51,072 nucleotides of DNA from Rubrivivax sp. SCN 70-15 (GTDB taxonomy: Bacteria; Pseudomonadota; Gammaproteobacteria; Burkholderiales; Burkholderiaceae_C): the NCBI GenBank assembly GCA_001725505.1, contig MEGM01000001.1, forward strand, positions 1-51,072, written 5' to 3'. Shown piece after piece: positions 9,605 through 22,524 of the stretch. Within the stretch, counting starts at the first letter, position 1. Every line of letters starts with the position of its first letter. The notes under the pieces were generated by a model. That model saw only the letters and a list, made by a program, of their open reading frames with translations, did no database searches and was not told where the DNA came from. The translations under genes and the position numbers were made by a program.

Positions 9605-10119
9605 GCACCCCGACCGACCACCCGACCGCCCGCGTGCACGTGGAGGTGAACGGCACGACGCTCGTGCGCGACGTCGAATGCCGCAAGCACCTGGTCGATT
9701 TCCTGCGCGAGGACTGCGGCCTGAAGGGCTCGCACCTGGGCTGCGAGCACGGCGTCTGCGGCGCCTGCTCGGTGCGGCTGGACGGCAGGGTCGTGCGCGG
9801 CTGCCTGGTGCTGGCGGTGCAGGCCGACGGCCATCGCGTCGAGACCGTCGAGACGCCGACGCCGTCGCCGCGGCTGCGCGCTCTGCAGGACGCCTTCGTC
9901 GAGCACAACGCACTGCAGTGCGGCTACTGCACCCCGGGCATGCTGATGGCGGCGCTGGACCTGGTCGAGCGCCGGCCCGACGCGGACCGCGAGCAGGTGC
10001 GCGCGTGGATGAGCGGCAACTACTGCCGCTGCACCGGCTACCACGCGATCGTCGATGCGGTCTGCGCCGTGCTGGAACAGCAGCGCGCCGGGCGCTTCGG
10101 CGCGGAGGCACAGGCATGA
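9601..10119 (+). CDS. Molybdenum hydroxylase 2x[2Fe-2S] small subunit (CoxS-like)
   Basis: GCEHGVCGAC...GC, QCGYCTPG, NYCRCTGY; ATGA overlap with medium subunit. Confidence 0.93.
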   Translation: MSTPTDHPTARVHVEVNGTTLVRDVECRKHLVDFLREDCGLKGSHLGCEHGVCGACSVRLDGRVVRGCLVLAVQADGHRVETVETPTPSPRLRALQDAFVEHNALQCGYCTPGMLMAALDLVERRPDADREQVRAWMSGNYCRCTGYHAIVDAVCAVLEQQRAGRFGAEAQA

Positions 10120-12542
10120 ACCACCCGACCGAGATCCCGACCCGGCGCGACCTGGGCGCCGAGCTGCCTGCCGTGACCGAGGACCAGCGCCACATCGGCG
10201 TGGCGATCCCGCGCGAGGGCGTGCGCCGGCTCACGCAGGGGCGGGGCCAGTACATCGACGACATCGAGCTGCCGCGTCTGGCGCACGTGGTGTACTGGCG
10301 CAGTCCGGTGGCGCACATGCGCATCACGCGCATCTTGCGCGACGCGGCGCGCGCGCTGCCGGGCGTGATCGCGGTCGTCACCGGGCCCGAGATCGCCGCC
10401 ATCTGCAAGCCCTGGGTCGCGACGCTGGCGCACCTGGCCGGGATCAAGAGCGCACCCCAGTTTCCGCTCGCGATCGAGCGCGCCACCTGGCAGGGCGAGC
10501 CGGTGGTGGCCGTGGTCGCCGAGACCCGCGCCCGCGCCGAGGAGGCCCTCGCGCTGCTCGAGGTCGAATGGGAGGACCTGCCCGCGGTGCTGGACACCGA
10601 GACGGCGCTCGACCCGACGACGCCGCTGATCCACCCCGGGCTCGGCGACAACCTGTGCTTCACGCGCAGCCTGGACACCGGCGGCGTCGACGAGGCCTGC
10701 GCGCGGCCCGATGCGGTCGTGTTCGAGGAGACCTACGTCCTCGGCCGCCACACCGGCGTGACGCTCGAGCCGCGCAGTCAGATCGCCGACTGGACCCCAG
10801 GCCGGACGCCGGCCGAGGGCCGGCTCACGGTCCATCATTCCTGCCAGGCCCCGCACATGATGCAGGACCTGTACTGCCGCCAGTTCGACCTGCAGGAGTC
10901 GCAGGTGCGGGTGATCTGCCGCGATGTCGGCGGGTCGTTCGGCATCAAGGTCCACGCCTACCCGGACGATTTCGCGACGGTGGCCCTGTCGATGCTGCTG
11001 AACCGGCCGGTGAAGTTCGTCGCCGACCGCATCGAGAGCTTCGTCAGCGACATCCACGCGCGCGAGCACCGCATCAAGGGCCGCATCGCGGCCACGCGCG
11101 CGGGCGAGATCCTGGCCTTCGAGATCGACGACCTCACCGGCATCGGCCCCTACAGCGTGTTCCCGCGCACCAGCGGCATCGAAGGCAACCAGGTCGTCAA
11201 CCTGACCGGCGGGCCGTACCGGCACAAGGCCTACCGCGCGCACCTGAAGGTGGTGTTCCAGAACAAGGTGCCGACCTGCCAGTACCGCGGCGTGGGCCAC
11301 CCGATCGCCTGCGCCGTGACCGAGGCGCTCGTCGACGGCATCGCGGCCCGGCTCGCGATGGACCCGATCGAGCTGCGCCAGCGCAACGTGATCCCCGACG
11401 ATGCTTATCCGGCCACCGGCGCGTCGGGCATCCGGCTCGAGCTGCTGTCGCACGAGGCCTGCCTGCGAGAGGCACGACGGCTCTGCGACTACGACGCGCT
11501 GCGCGCCGAGCAATCGCGGCTGCGCGAGGCGAAGGTCTACCGCGGCATCGGCGTCGCGACGCTGATCGAGCTGACGAACCCGAGCGCCGCCTTCTACGGC
11601 GTCGGCGGGGCGCGCATCGCGTCACAGGACGGCGCGACGGTCCGCCTCGAGCCCAGCGGGGCGCTCACGGTGCTGAGCAGCGTCGGCGAGCAGGGTCAGG
11701 GCGCGGAGGCCGTGTTCGCGCAGATCGCGGCCGACGCGGTCGGGGTCGACATCGAGCGCGTGCGCGTCGTCACCGGCGACACCGACGCCACGCCCTACGG
11801 TGGCGGCACCTGGGCCAGCCGGGGCGTGGGCATCGGCGGCGAGGCCGTGCTGCAGGCCGGACAGGCGCTGCGCGAGAACATCCTCGCCACCGCGGCCGCG
11901 ATCCTGAAGCGCGAGCGGCAGGGCTTGCGCGTGCTGCGCGGCGGCATCGTCGACGCGGTCTCGGGCGAACGGCTGCTCGAGCTGGCCGAGCTCGGCCGCA
12001 TCGCCTACTTCCGATCGGACACGCTGCCTGCCGGGTTCACGCCCGAGCTCATGGTCACGCGCCACTACGCGCAGCGCGACTACCCCTTCATCTTCACCAA
12101 CGGCGTGCAGGTCAGCCACGTCGAGGTCGACGTCGACACCGGCTTCGTCAGGCTGCTCAAGCACTGGGCGGTCGAGGACTGCGGGCGCGTCGTGAACCCG
12201 ATGCTGGTCGACGAGCAGATGCGCGGTGCCATCGTCCAGGGCATCGGCGGCGCGCTGTTCGAGGAATGCCTGTACGACACCGACGGCACGCTGCGCAACG
12301 GCAACATGGCCGACTACCTGGTGCCGATGGCCGCCGAGATGCCCGACATCGTCGTCTCGCACGTGCAGTCGCCGACGAAGAGCTCACAGCTCGGCGCCAA
12401 GGGCGCCGGCGAGGCCGGTACGGCCGGCGCGCCGGCAGCGGTGATGAACGCGATCAACGATGCGCTCGCGCCGTTCGGAGCGCGCGTGTCCTCTCAGCCG
12501 ATCACGCCGGAGAAGATCCTGCGCGCGCTGGGGAAGATCTGA
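10116..12542 (+). CDS. Molybdenum hydroxylase large molybdopterin-binding subunit (xanthine dehydrogenase family, not form I CODH)
   Basis: GGSFGIK, active-site loop CQYRGVG, EQGQG, TWASRG, catalytic KGAGEAG; ATGA overlap. Confidence 0.9.
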   Translation: MNHPTEIPTRRDLGAELPAVTEDQRHIGVAIPREGVRRLTQGRGQYIDDIELPRLAHVVYWRSPVAHMRITRILRDAARALPGVIAVVTGPEIAAICKPWVATLAHLAGIKSAPQFPLAIERATWQGEPVVAVVAETRARAEEALALLEVEWEDLPAVLDTETALDPTTPLIHPGLGDNLCFTRSLDTGGVDEACARPDAVVFEETYVLGRHTGVTLEPRSQIADWTPGRTPAEGRLTVHHSCQAPHMMQDLYCRQFDLQESQVRVICRDVGGSFGIKVHAYPDDFATVALSMLLNRPVKFVADRIESFVSDIHAREHRIKGRIAATRAGEILAFEIDDLTGIGPYSVFPRTSGIEGNQVVNLTGGPYRHKAYRAHLKVVFQNKVPTCQYRGVGHPIACAVTEALVDGIAARLAMDPIELRQRNVIPDDAYPATGASGIRLELLSHEACLREARRLCDYDALRAEQSRLREAKVYRGIGVATLIELTNPSAAFYGVGGARIASQDGATVRLEPSGALTVLSSVGEQGQGAEAVFAQIAADAVGVDIERVRVVTGDTDATPYGGGTWASRGVGIGGEAVLQAGQALRENILATAAAILKRERQGLRVLRGGIVDAVSGERLLELAELGRIAYFRSDTLPAGFTPELMVTRHYAQRDYPFIFTNGVQVSHVEVDVDTGFVRLLKHWAVEDCGRVVNPMLVDEQMRGAIVQGIGGALFEECLYDTDGTLRNGNMADYLVPMAAEMPDIVVSHVQSPTKSSQLGAKGAGEAGTAGAPAAVMNAINDALAPFGARVSSQPITPEKILRALGKI

Positions 12543-12576
12543 GCCGACCTGGTGCGATTCATGCGCTCACAGGCTC

Positions 12577-13389
12577 TCAGATCGGCTTGAGCGGGCCGGC
12601 GAACTTCTCGGTCAGCGGCTTGTGCCCGAGCGGCGGGAAGTCGATCGGGATGTCGGGCACCTTGCGGTCGGGGATGTGCGCGAGCAGGTGACGGATCAGC
12701 GTGAGCCGGCCGCGGCGCTGGTCGTTGAAGTCGACCAGCGTCCACGGTGCGTGCCGGGTGTGGGTCGCGGCCAGCATCTCGTCGCGCGCGCGGCCGTAGT
12801 CGGCGTACTTGGCGCGTGCCTGCATGTCGATCGGCGACAGCTTCCAGCGCTTGAGCGGATCTTCGAGCCGCTCGGCGAAGCGCTGCTCCTGCTCGGCCTG
12901 GTCGACGGTGAGCCAGTACTTGAAGAACAGGATCCCTTCGTCGACGAGCATGCGTTCGAACACCGGGGCCTGCTTCAGGAAGAGGGCGACCTCGTGCTCG
13001 GTGCAGTAGCCCATCACGCGCTCGACCCCGGCGCGGTTGTACCAGCTGCGGTCGAACAGCACCATCTCGCCGGCCGCTGGCAGGTGCGGCACGTAACGCT
13101 GGAAGTACCACTGCGTGCTCTCACGCTCGGTCGGCTTGGGCAGCGCGACGGTGCGGCACTGGCGCGGGTTCAGCGTGGCCAGGATCGCGTTGATCGAGCC
13201 GCCCTTGCCCGCGGTGTCGCGGCCTTCGAACAGCACGACGAGCCTCTGGCCGGTGTGCTGCAGCCAGCGCGAGAGGTCGTTCAGTTCGAGCTCCAGCGCG
13301 GCGAGCTGCTCGTAGTACTCGCTCTTGCCGAGCCGGCCGTTTGGCTTGCCGTCGGCCTTGGCACCCGGCTTGCCGTTCTTCTTGCCCAT
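12577..13389 (-). CDS. ppk2: Polyphosphate kinase 2 (single domain)
   Basis: FEGRDTAGKGG Walker A, WYFQRY, FDRSWYNRAGVERVMG, KRWKLSPID. Confidence 0.95.
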   Translation of the reverse strand: MGKKNGKPGAKADGKPNGRLGKSEYYEQLAALELELNDLSRWLQHTGQRLVVLFEGRDTAGKGGSINAILATLNPRQCRTVALPKPTERESTQWYFQRYVPHLPAAGEMVLFDRSWYNRAGVERVMGYCTEHEVALFLKQAPVFERMLVDEGILFFKYWLTVDQAEQEQRFAERLEDPLKRWKLSPIDMQARAKYADYGRARDEMLAATHTRHAPWTLVDFNDQRRGRLTLIRHLLAHIPDRKVPDIPIDFPPLGHKPLTEKFAGPLKPI

Positions 13390-13399
13390 CGTCGCGGCC

Positions 13400-14971
13400 T
13401 CAAGGGTTGTCGAACAGCGAATGATGCGCCTGGCGCAGCTCGCGCTTGAGCAGCTTGCCGCTGGGGTTCTTCGGCAGCGCGTCGACGAAGACCACGCGCT
13501 TGGGCGCCTTGAACGGCGCGAGGTGGGCGCGGCAATGCTCGAGCACCGCGGGCTCGTCGAGCTCGGCGCCGGCCTTCGCGACGACGACCGCGACCACCGC
13601 CTCGACCCAGCGCGGGTGCGGCAGCCCGACCACCGCGACCTCGCTCACGCCGGGAAGGCGGTAGATCGCTTCCTCGACCTCGCGGCTCGCGACGTTCTCG
13701 CCGCCGGTCTTGATCATGTCCTTCTTGCGGTCGACGACCGTGATGTAGCCCTCGGCATCGATCGTCGCGAGGTCGCCCGAGTGGAACCAGCCGCCCTCGA
13801 ACGCGGCAGCGGTGCGCGCGTCGTCGTGGAAGTAGCCGGCCATCAGCTGCGGGCTGCGGTGCACGATCTCGCCGACGGCGCGGCCGTCGCGCGGCACGTC
13901 GTTCATCGCGTCGTCGACGACGCGCGTCTCGACGTTGAGCGCGGCGCGGCCGCAGGAGCCGGCCTTGCGCAGCTGGTCCTCGGGGCCGAGCATCGTCGCC
14001 AGCGGCGCGATCTCGGTCTGGCCGTAGAGGTTCCACAGCCGCACGCGTGGCAGCCGCACGGCCAGCTCGCGCAGCACCTCGACCGGCATGATCGACGCGC
14101 CGTAGTAGCCCTTGGCCAGACTGGACAGGTCGGTGCTATCGAAGCTTGGCGAGCGCAGCAGCCCGATCCAGACGGTCGGCGGCGCGAAGAACGAGCTGAT
14201 GCGGTGGCGCGCGATCAGCGGGAGCAGGTTCTCCGGCGTGGGCTTGGCGGTGATGACGTTGCTCGCGCCGGCGTAGATCGCCGGGCCGAGGAAGACGTCG
14301 AGCTGCGCGCAGTGGTAGAGCGGCAGCGCGTGCAGCATCAGGTCGCCGGCGGCGATCTCGGCGTCGACGAGGCAGCTGACGTACTGCCACATCACCGCGT
14401 CGTGGGTCAGCATCGCGCCCTTCGGGGCCGACTCGGTGCCGCTCGTGTAGACGATCTGCGCCAGGTCGCTGCCGCCCAGGGCCGGTGTCGGCAGCGGCGC
14501 CGTGCTCGCGGCGAGCTCGTCGAAGCGCAGCAGCCCGGGCGTGGGCACGGACGGCTCCTCGGACGGCAGCCAGATGAACTGCTCGACCGCGGTGCCCTGC
14601 GCCGCGGCCGCCTGCGCCAGCGGCGCCAGGCCGCTGTCGGTGGCGAGCCAGCGCGCGCCGGCATGGCGCAGGATGTAGGCCGCTTCGTCGGCCTTGAGCA
14701 TGAAGTTGATCGGCACCAGCACCGCGCCGAGGCGCGCGAGCGCGAAGCGCAGCGCGGCGAATGCGTGCGAGTTGCGCGCCAGGACCGCGACGCGCTCGCC
14801 CTTGCCGACGCCGCCTTCGGCCAGGCCGGCGGCGACGCGGTCGCACAGGCGGTCGAACTCGGCGTAGTTCCAGCGCACTTCGCCGCAGGCGACGGCGAGC
14901 TTGTCCGGGAATCGGCAGGCGCTGCGGTGAAGCAGGTCGCCCAGGGTCTGGCGGTGGATGGCGGGGTGCAT
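13400..14971 (-). CDS. Acyl-CoA synthetase / AMP-forming ligase
   Basis: YTSGTESAPKG, YGQTE, GWFHSGDL, DRKKDMIKTGGENV, LPKNPSGKLLK; start MHPAIHRQTLGD. Confidence 0.92.
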   Translation of the reverse strand: MHPAIHRQTLGDLLHRSACRFPDKLAVACGEVRWNYAEFDRLCDRVAAGLAEGGVGKGERVAVLARNSHAFAALRFALARLGAVLVPINFMLKADEAAYILRHAGARWLATDSGLAPLAQAAAAQGTAVEQFIWLPSEEPSVPTPGLLRFDELAASTAPLPTPALGGSDLAQIVYTSGTESAPKGAMLTHDAVMWQYVSCLVDAEIAAGDLMLHALPLYHCAQLDVFLGPAIYAGASNVITAKPTPENLLPLIARHRISSFFAPPTVWIGLLRSPSFDSTDLSSLAKGYYGASIMPVEVLRELAVRLPRVRLWNLYGQTEIAPLATMLGPEDQLRKAGSCGRAALNVETRVVDDAMNDVPRDGRAVGEIVHRSPQLMAGYFHDDARTAAAFEGGWFHSGDLATIDAEGYITVVDRKKDMIKTGGENVASREVEEAIYRLPGVSEVAVVGLPHPRWVEAVVAVVVAKAGAELDEPAVLEHCRAHLAPFKAPKRVVFVDALPKNPSGKLLKRELRQAHHSLFDNP

Positions 14972-15004
14972 CCCGCCAGCGTAGCGGGCGGGCGGGAGCC
15001 CGGG

Positions 15005-15036
15005 TGTCGGGGCCGACCCGAAGATCGACCCCGGCA
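15005..15036 (-). terminator. Stable hairpin with cUUCGg tetraloop just after atpC; no U-tract
   Basis: Minus-strand RNA UGCCGGGGUCGAUC-UUCG-GGUCGGCCCCGACA, 8 nt after the atpC stop. Confidence 0.5.
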
Positions 15037-15044
15037 AGCGGCGC

Positions 15045-15464
15045 CTACTTGCGGCGCAGCTTCTGGATCGCCGCGATCTGCGCGGCCATCGCCGCGAATT
15101 CGCCCTGCGCCTTCGCGAGGTCGATGTCGCTCTTCGCGTTGCGCATCGCTTCCTCGGCCTGCTTCTTGGCCTCGAGGGCCTTGGCCTCGTCGAGGTCGCG
15201 GCCGCGGATCGCGGTGTCGGCGAGCACGGTCACCGTGCCGGGCTGCACCTCGAGAATGCCGCCGGCGACGAAGACGAACTCCTCCTCGCCGTTGTCGGCA
15301 CGCTCGATGCGCACCGCGCCGGGCTTGATGCGCGTGATCAGCGGCGTGTGGCGCGGCAGGATGCCGAGCTCGCCGTTCTCGCCCGGCAAGGCGACGAACT
15401 TGGCCTCGCCCGAGAAGATGCTCTCCTCGGCCGAGACGACGTCGACGTGAATGGTGGTTGCCAT
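15045..15464 (-). CDS. atpC: F1 ATP synthase epsilon subunit
   Basis: [35 protein letters not shown]; operon position. Confidence 0.98.
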   Translation of the reverse strand: MATTIHVDVVSAEESIFSGEAKFVALPGENGELGILPRHTPLITRIKPGAVRIERADNGEEEFVFVAGGILEVQPGTVTVLADTAIRGRDLDEAKALEAKKQAEEAMRNAKSDIDLAKAQGEFAAMAAQIAAIQKLRRK

Positions 15465-15506
15465 GTCAGTTCTCCAGCGCGCCCGCGTACGCGGCGCCGC
15501 GGTGCA

Positions 15507-15590
15507 TCAAGCGGCCGCCGCGGATCCGGCTCTGCCGGTCCGCCAGCGGCGCCCCCCTGGGGGGGAGCGCCGAAGGCGCTACGGGGAGGG

Positions 15591-15593
<3 letters not shown>
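15507..15593. repeat. 87-bp structured intergenic repeat (REP/MITE-like), copy A, at the atpD stop
   Basis: 70/87 ungapped identity to 17922..18008 by manual alignment; nested hairpins; TCA (TGA on minus) at both ends. Confidence 0.88.
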
Positions 15594-17030
<1,437 letters not shown>

Positions 17031-17909
17031 TTAAACCGCGGCCGCGCCGCTGACGATCTCACTCAATTCCTTGGTGATCGCCGCCTGGCGGGTCTTGTTG
17101 TAGATGAGCTTGAGCTCGTTGATCAGGTTGCCGGCGTTGTCGGTGGCCGACTTCATGGCGACCATGCGCGCGCTCTGCTCGCTGGCCATGTTCTCGGCCA
17201 CCCCCTGGTAGACCAGGGCCTCGAGGTAGCGCGTGAGCAGCTCGTCGATGACGGTCGGCGCATCGGGCTCGTAGATGTAGTCCCAGCCGTACTGCGTCTT
17301 CTCGCCCGCGCCGCGGTCGAGCCGGTGGCCGGCCAGCGGCAGCAGCAGCTCGATCATCGGCTCCTGCTTCATCGTGTTGACGAACTTCGTGTAGCAAAGG
17401 TGCACGGCGTCGAGCTTGCCTTCGACGAACGCGTCGAGCATGACCTTGACCGGGCCGATCAGCCTTTCCAGCTGCGGCGCGTCGCCAAGCTGGACGACAT
17501 GGCTCACGACGTTGGCGCCGACGCGGTTCAGGAAGCCCAGGCCCTTGTTGCCGATCGCCACCGTCTGGATCGTGCCGCCGCCGTCCTGCACCTCGCGCAT
17601 CTTGTTCGTCAGCGCGCGCAGCAGGTTGGTGTTCAAGCCGCCGCACAGCCCCTTGTCGGTGGTCACGACGATGAAGCCCACGGCCTTGGTGACGCCCCCG
17701 GTGCGCATGTAGGGCGACTTGTACTCGGGGTTCGCCTCCGACAGATGCGCCGTGATGTTGCGGATCTTCTCGGCGTACGGGCGCGCCGCGCGCATGCGCT
17801 CCTGCGCCTTGCGCATCTTGCTGGCAGCGACCATTTCCATGGCCTTGGTGATCTTCTTGGTGTTCTCCACCGATTTGATCTTGCCGCGAATCTCTTTACC
17901 GACCGCCAT
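17031..17909 (-). CDS. atpG: F1 ATP synthase gamma subunit
   Basis: [35 protein letters not shown]. Confidence 0.99.
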   Translation of the reverse strand: MAVGKEIRGKIKSVENTKKITKAMEMVAASKMRKAQERMRAARPYAEKIRNITAHLSEANPEYKSPYMRTGGVTKAVGFIVVTTDKGLCGGLNTNLLRALTNKMREVQDGGGTIQTVAIGNKGLGFLNRVGANVVSHVVQLGDAPQLERLIGPVKVMLDAFVEGKLDAVHLCYTKFVNTMKQEPMIELLLPLAGHRLDRGAGEKTQYGWDYIYEPDAPTVIDELLTRYLEALVYQGVAENMASEQSARMVAMKSATDNAGNLINELKLIYNKTRQAAITKELSEIVSGAAAV

Positions 17910-17921
17910 AAGGCACTCCAG

Positions 17922-18005
17922 TCAAGCAGACGCCGCGGAACCGGCCGGGCCGGGCCGCTGGCGTCGCCCCCTTGAGGGGGAGCGGCGAAGCCGCTTCGGG
18001 GGTGG

Positions 18006-18008
<3 letters not shown>
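17922..18008. repeat. 87-bp structured intergenic repeat (REP/MITE-like), copy B, at the atpA stop
   Basis: Same length and orientation as copy A; compensatory substitutions in three stems. Confidence 0.88.
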
Positions 18009-19559
<1,551 letters not shown>

Positions 19560-19603
19560 GGTGTTCTCCGGAATGCATCAGGCGGCGAGCGCCCACGCGG
19601 CCG

Positions 19604-20134
19604 TTACGCGGTCAGCGCAACCTTCATCTGTTCGAGGCGGGCCTTGACCGAGGTGTCGAGCACCTCGTCGCCGACGACGACGCGAATGCCGCCGATCAGC
19701 GCGGGGTCGATCACGACCTTCGCGTTGAGCTTGCGGGCGAAGCGCGTCTCGAGCGCGGCGACGACCTCGGCGAGCTGGCCGGCCTCGATCGGGTAGGCGC
19801 TGTAGACGGTGGCGTCGGACACGCCGGCGCTGGCGTTGACGAGCGCACGGAACTGGGTCGCGATCTCGGGCAGCGCGGCGAGGCGGCCGTTCTCGATCAC
19901 CGCGGTCAGCAGGTTGCCCAGCTTCGGGTCGAGGTCGGCGCCGACGACGCCGGCGATCACCTCGCGGACCTGGCTCACCTGCGCCTTCGGATCATCGGCG
20001 AACTGGCGCAGCTGCGCGTTCGCGGCGACGGCCGCGAGCGCATCGACCTGCGTCGTCAGCGCCGCGGCTCCGGCACCGGCCGCCTCGTACAAGGCCTCCG
20101 CGTAGGGGCGGGCGATCGTCGCGAGCTCGGCCAT
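19604..20134 (-). CDS. atpH: F1 ATP synthase delta subunit
   Basis: [32 protein letters not shown]. Confidence 0.98.
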   Translation of the reverse strand: MAELATIARPYAEALYEAAGAGAAALTTQVDALAAVAANAQLRQFADDPKAQVSQVREVIAGVVGADLDPKLGNLLTAVIENGRLAALPEIATQFRALVNASAGVSDATVYSAYPIEAGQLAEVVAALETRFARKLNAKVVIDPALIGGIRVVVGDEVLDTSVKARLEQMKVALTA

Positions 20135-20135
20135 T

Positions 20136-20606
20136 TCAGAGTTCCGCCTTCAGGCGGCCCAGCAGTTCGGCGTGCACGCCGGCGTCGACCTCGCGGCGCA
20201 GGATCGCCTCGGCGCCCTTGACCGCCAGCCCGGCAACCTGCTCGCGCAGCGCCTCGCGCGCCTTAACCGATTCCTGCTCGGCCTCGGCCTTCGCGGCGGC
20301 GATGATCTTCGCGCCTTCCTCGGTCGCGCGTGCCTTGGCCTCTTCGACCAGCTGCTGGCCAAGCCGCTCGGCGTCGGCCAGGCGCTTGGCCGCGTCGTCG
20401 CGGGCGGCCGAGAGCTGCTGCTCGACGCGCCGCTCGGCAACGGCCAAGTCGGCCTTGGCCTTGTCGGCGGCCGACAGGCCGTCGGCGATCTTGGCGGCGC
20501 GCTCGTCGAGCGCCTTCACGACCGGCGGCCAGATGAACTTCATCGTGAAGCCGACCAGGATCAGGAGCACGATCATCTGGATGATCAGTGTCGCGTTGAT
20601 GCTCAC
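20136..20606 (-). CDS. atpF: F0 ATP synthase subunit b
   Basis: GTG start (GAGGA RBS), [26 protein letters not shown], coiled-coil tail. Confidence 0.96.
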   Translation of the reverse strand: MSINATLIIQMIVLLILVGFTMKFIWPPVVKALDERAAKIADGLSAADKAKADLAVAERRVEQQLSAARDDAAKRLADAERLGQQLVEEAKARATEEGAKIIAAAKAEAEQESVKAREALREQVAGLAVKGAEAILRREVDAGVHAELLGRLKAEL

Positions 20607-20667
20607 TTGGGATGTCCTCGCATTCGCTGTCAGGAAGCGGGCCGCCGGCCCGCGCTTGCGCGCCGCC

Positions 20668-21829
<1,162 letters not shown>

Positions 21830-21836
21830 GTCTGCT

Positions 21837-22328
21837 CTAGTCCCGTGTCGTCGTTGCTCTGCGGCCGCGCCACAACAGCGCGAACCAGTAAACCTTCAGC
21901 CCCAGCACCAGGCCGACCAGCAGGGCCGGCCAGCTCAGCGGCTGCACGATCTTCGGCGCCAGCATCAGCATGGCCACCGCGACCGCGATCTTCACCGACT
22001 CCCACAACATGAAGCTGACGGCACTGGCGCCGAGCGACACGCTGCTGAGTCGGCTGGTCATGCCGCGCGCCATCAAGGCCCCCGGCACCACCACCGTGGC
22101 GGCGCCGTACAGCACCGACCACGCCATCTCCTGTCTGCCGGTGATCAGCGCCGCGAGCAGCGCCGCCACCACTCCGACACCGGCCTGCGCGCCCACCACC
22201 CGCCAAGGAGACAGCGGCGGGTTCCGGGCCCGCAGGGCCTGCGCCTCCTCCCGGGTCAGCGCCTTGAATGTCGAAGCCGCCGCCGCATCTTCTTCATCGG
22301 CCCAGCGGGCAGGTCGGTCGATCGCCAT
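21837..22328 (-). CDS. atpI: ATP synthase protein I
   Basis: First gene of the operon; [14 protein letters not shown]-terminus and four hydrophobic segments; start approximate. Confidence 0.85.
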   Translation of the reverse strand: MAIDRPARWADEEDAAAASTFKALTREEAQALRARNPPLSPWRVVGAQAGVGVVAALLAALITGRQEMAWSVLYGAATVVVPGALMARGMTSRLSSVSLGASAVSFMLWESVKIAVAVAMLMLAPKIVQPLSWPALLVGLVLGLKVYWFALLWRGRRATTTRD

Positions 22329-22367
22329 GGCCCAAGGGTCCTGAGGTGCAGTCGGCAAAGCCTCGGG

Positions 22368-22373
22368 ATTATA
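22368..22373 (-). promoter_or_regulatory. sigma70 -10 element (TATAAT) of the atp operon promoter
   Basis: Perfect TATAAT on the minus strand ~40 nt upstream of atpI in GC-rich DNA; -35 poorly matched. Confidence 0.6.
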
Positions 22374-22524
22374 CGAAGAATCCCGAATCCGCCTGAAACT
22401 CCCGGCACCGGATCGGGTCGGACTGCCCTTCCAGGCGGCGCGGTCTCGGCGCAAGCCGCTGCGGCACCGGCCGCGGCTTGCGGCGAGAATTCCGCACCGC
22501 GCCGCTCGACCGGCCAGCCCGACG

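Noticed and set aside
8741-12542. Aerobic CO dehydrogenase (coxMSL)
   Set aside because: No AYxCSFR motif and no coxDEG accessory genes; context points to an organic substrate
19574-19586. Possible third, degenerate copy of the 87-bp element in the atpH-atpA spacer (TGCATCAGGCGGC vs TGCATCAAGCGGC at 15503-15515)
   Set aside because: Only 12/13 nt match and none of the hairpins are present; too short to support
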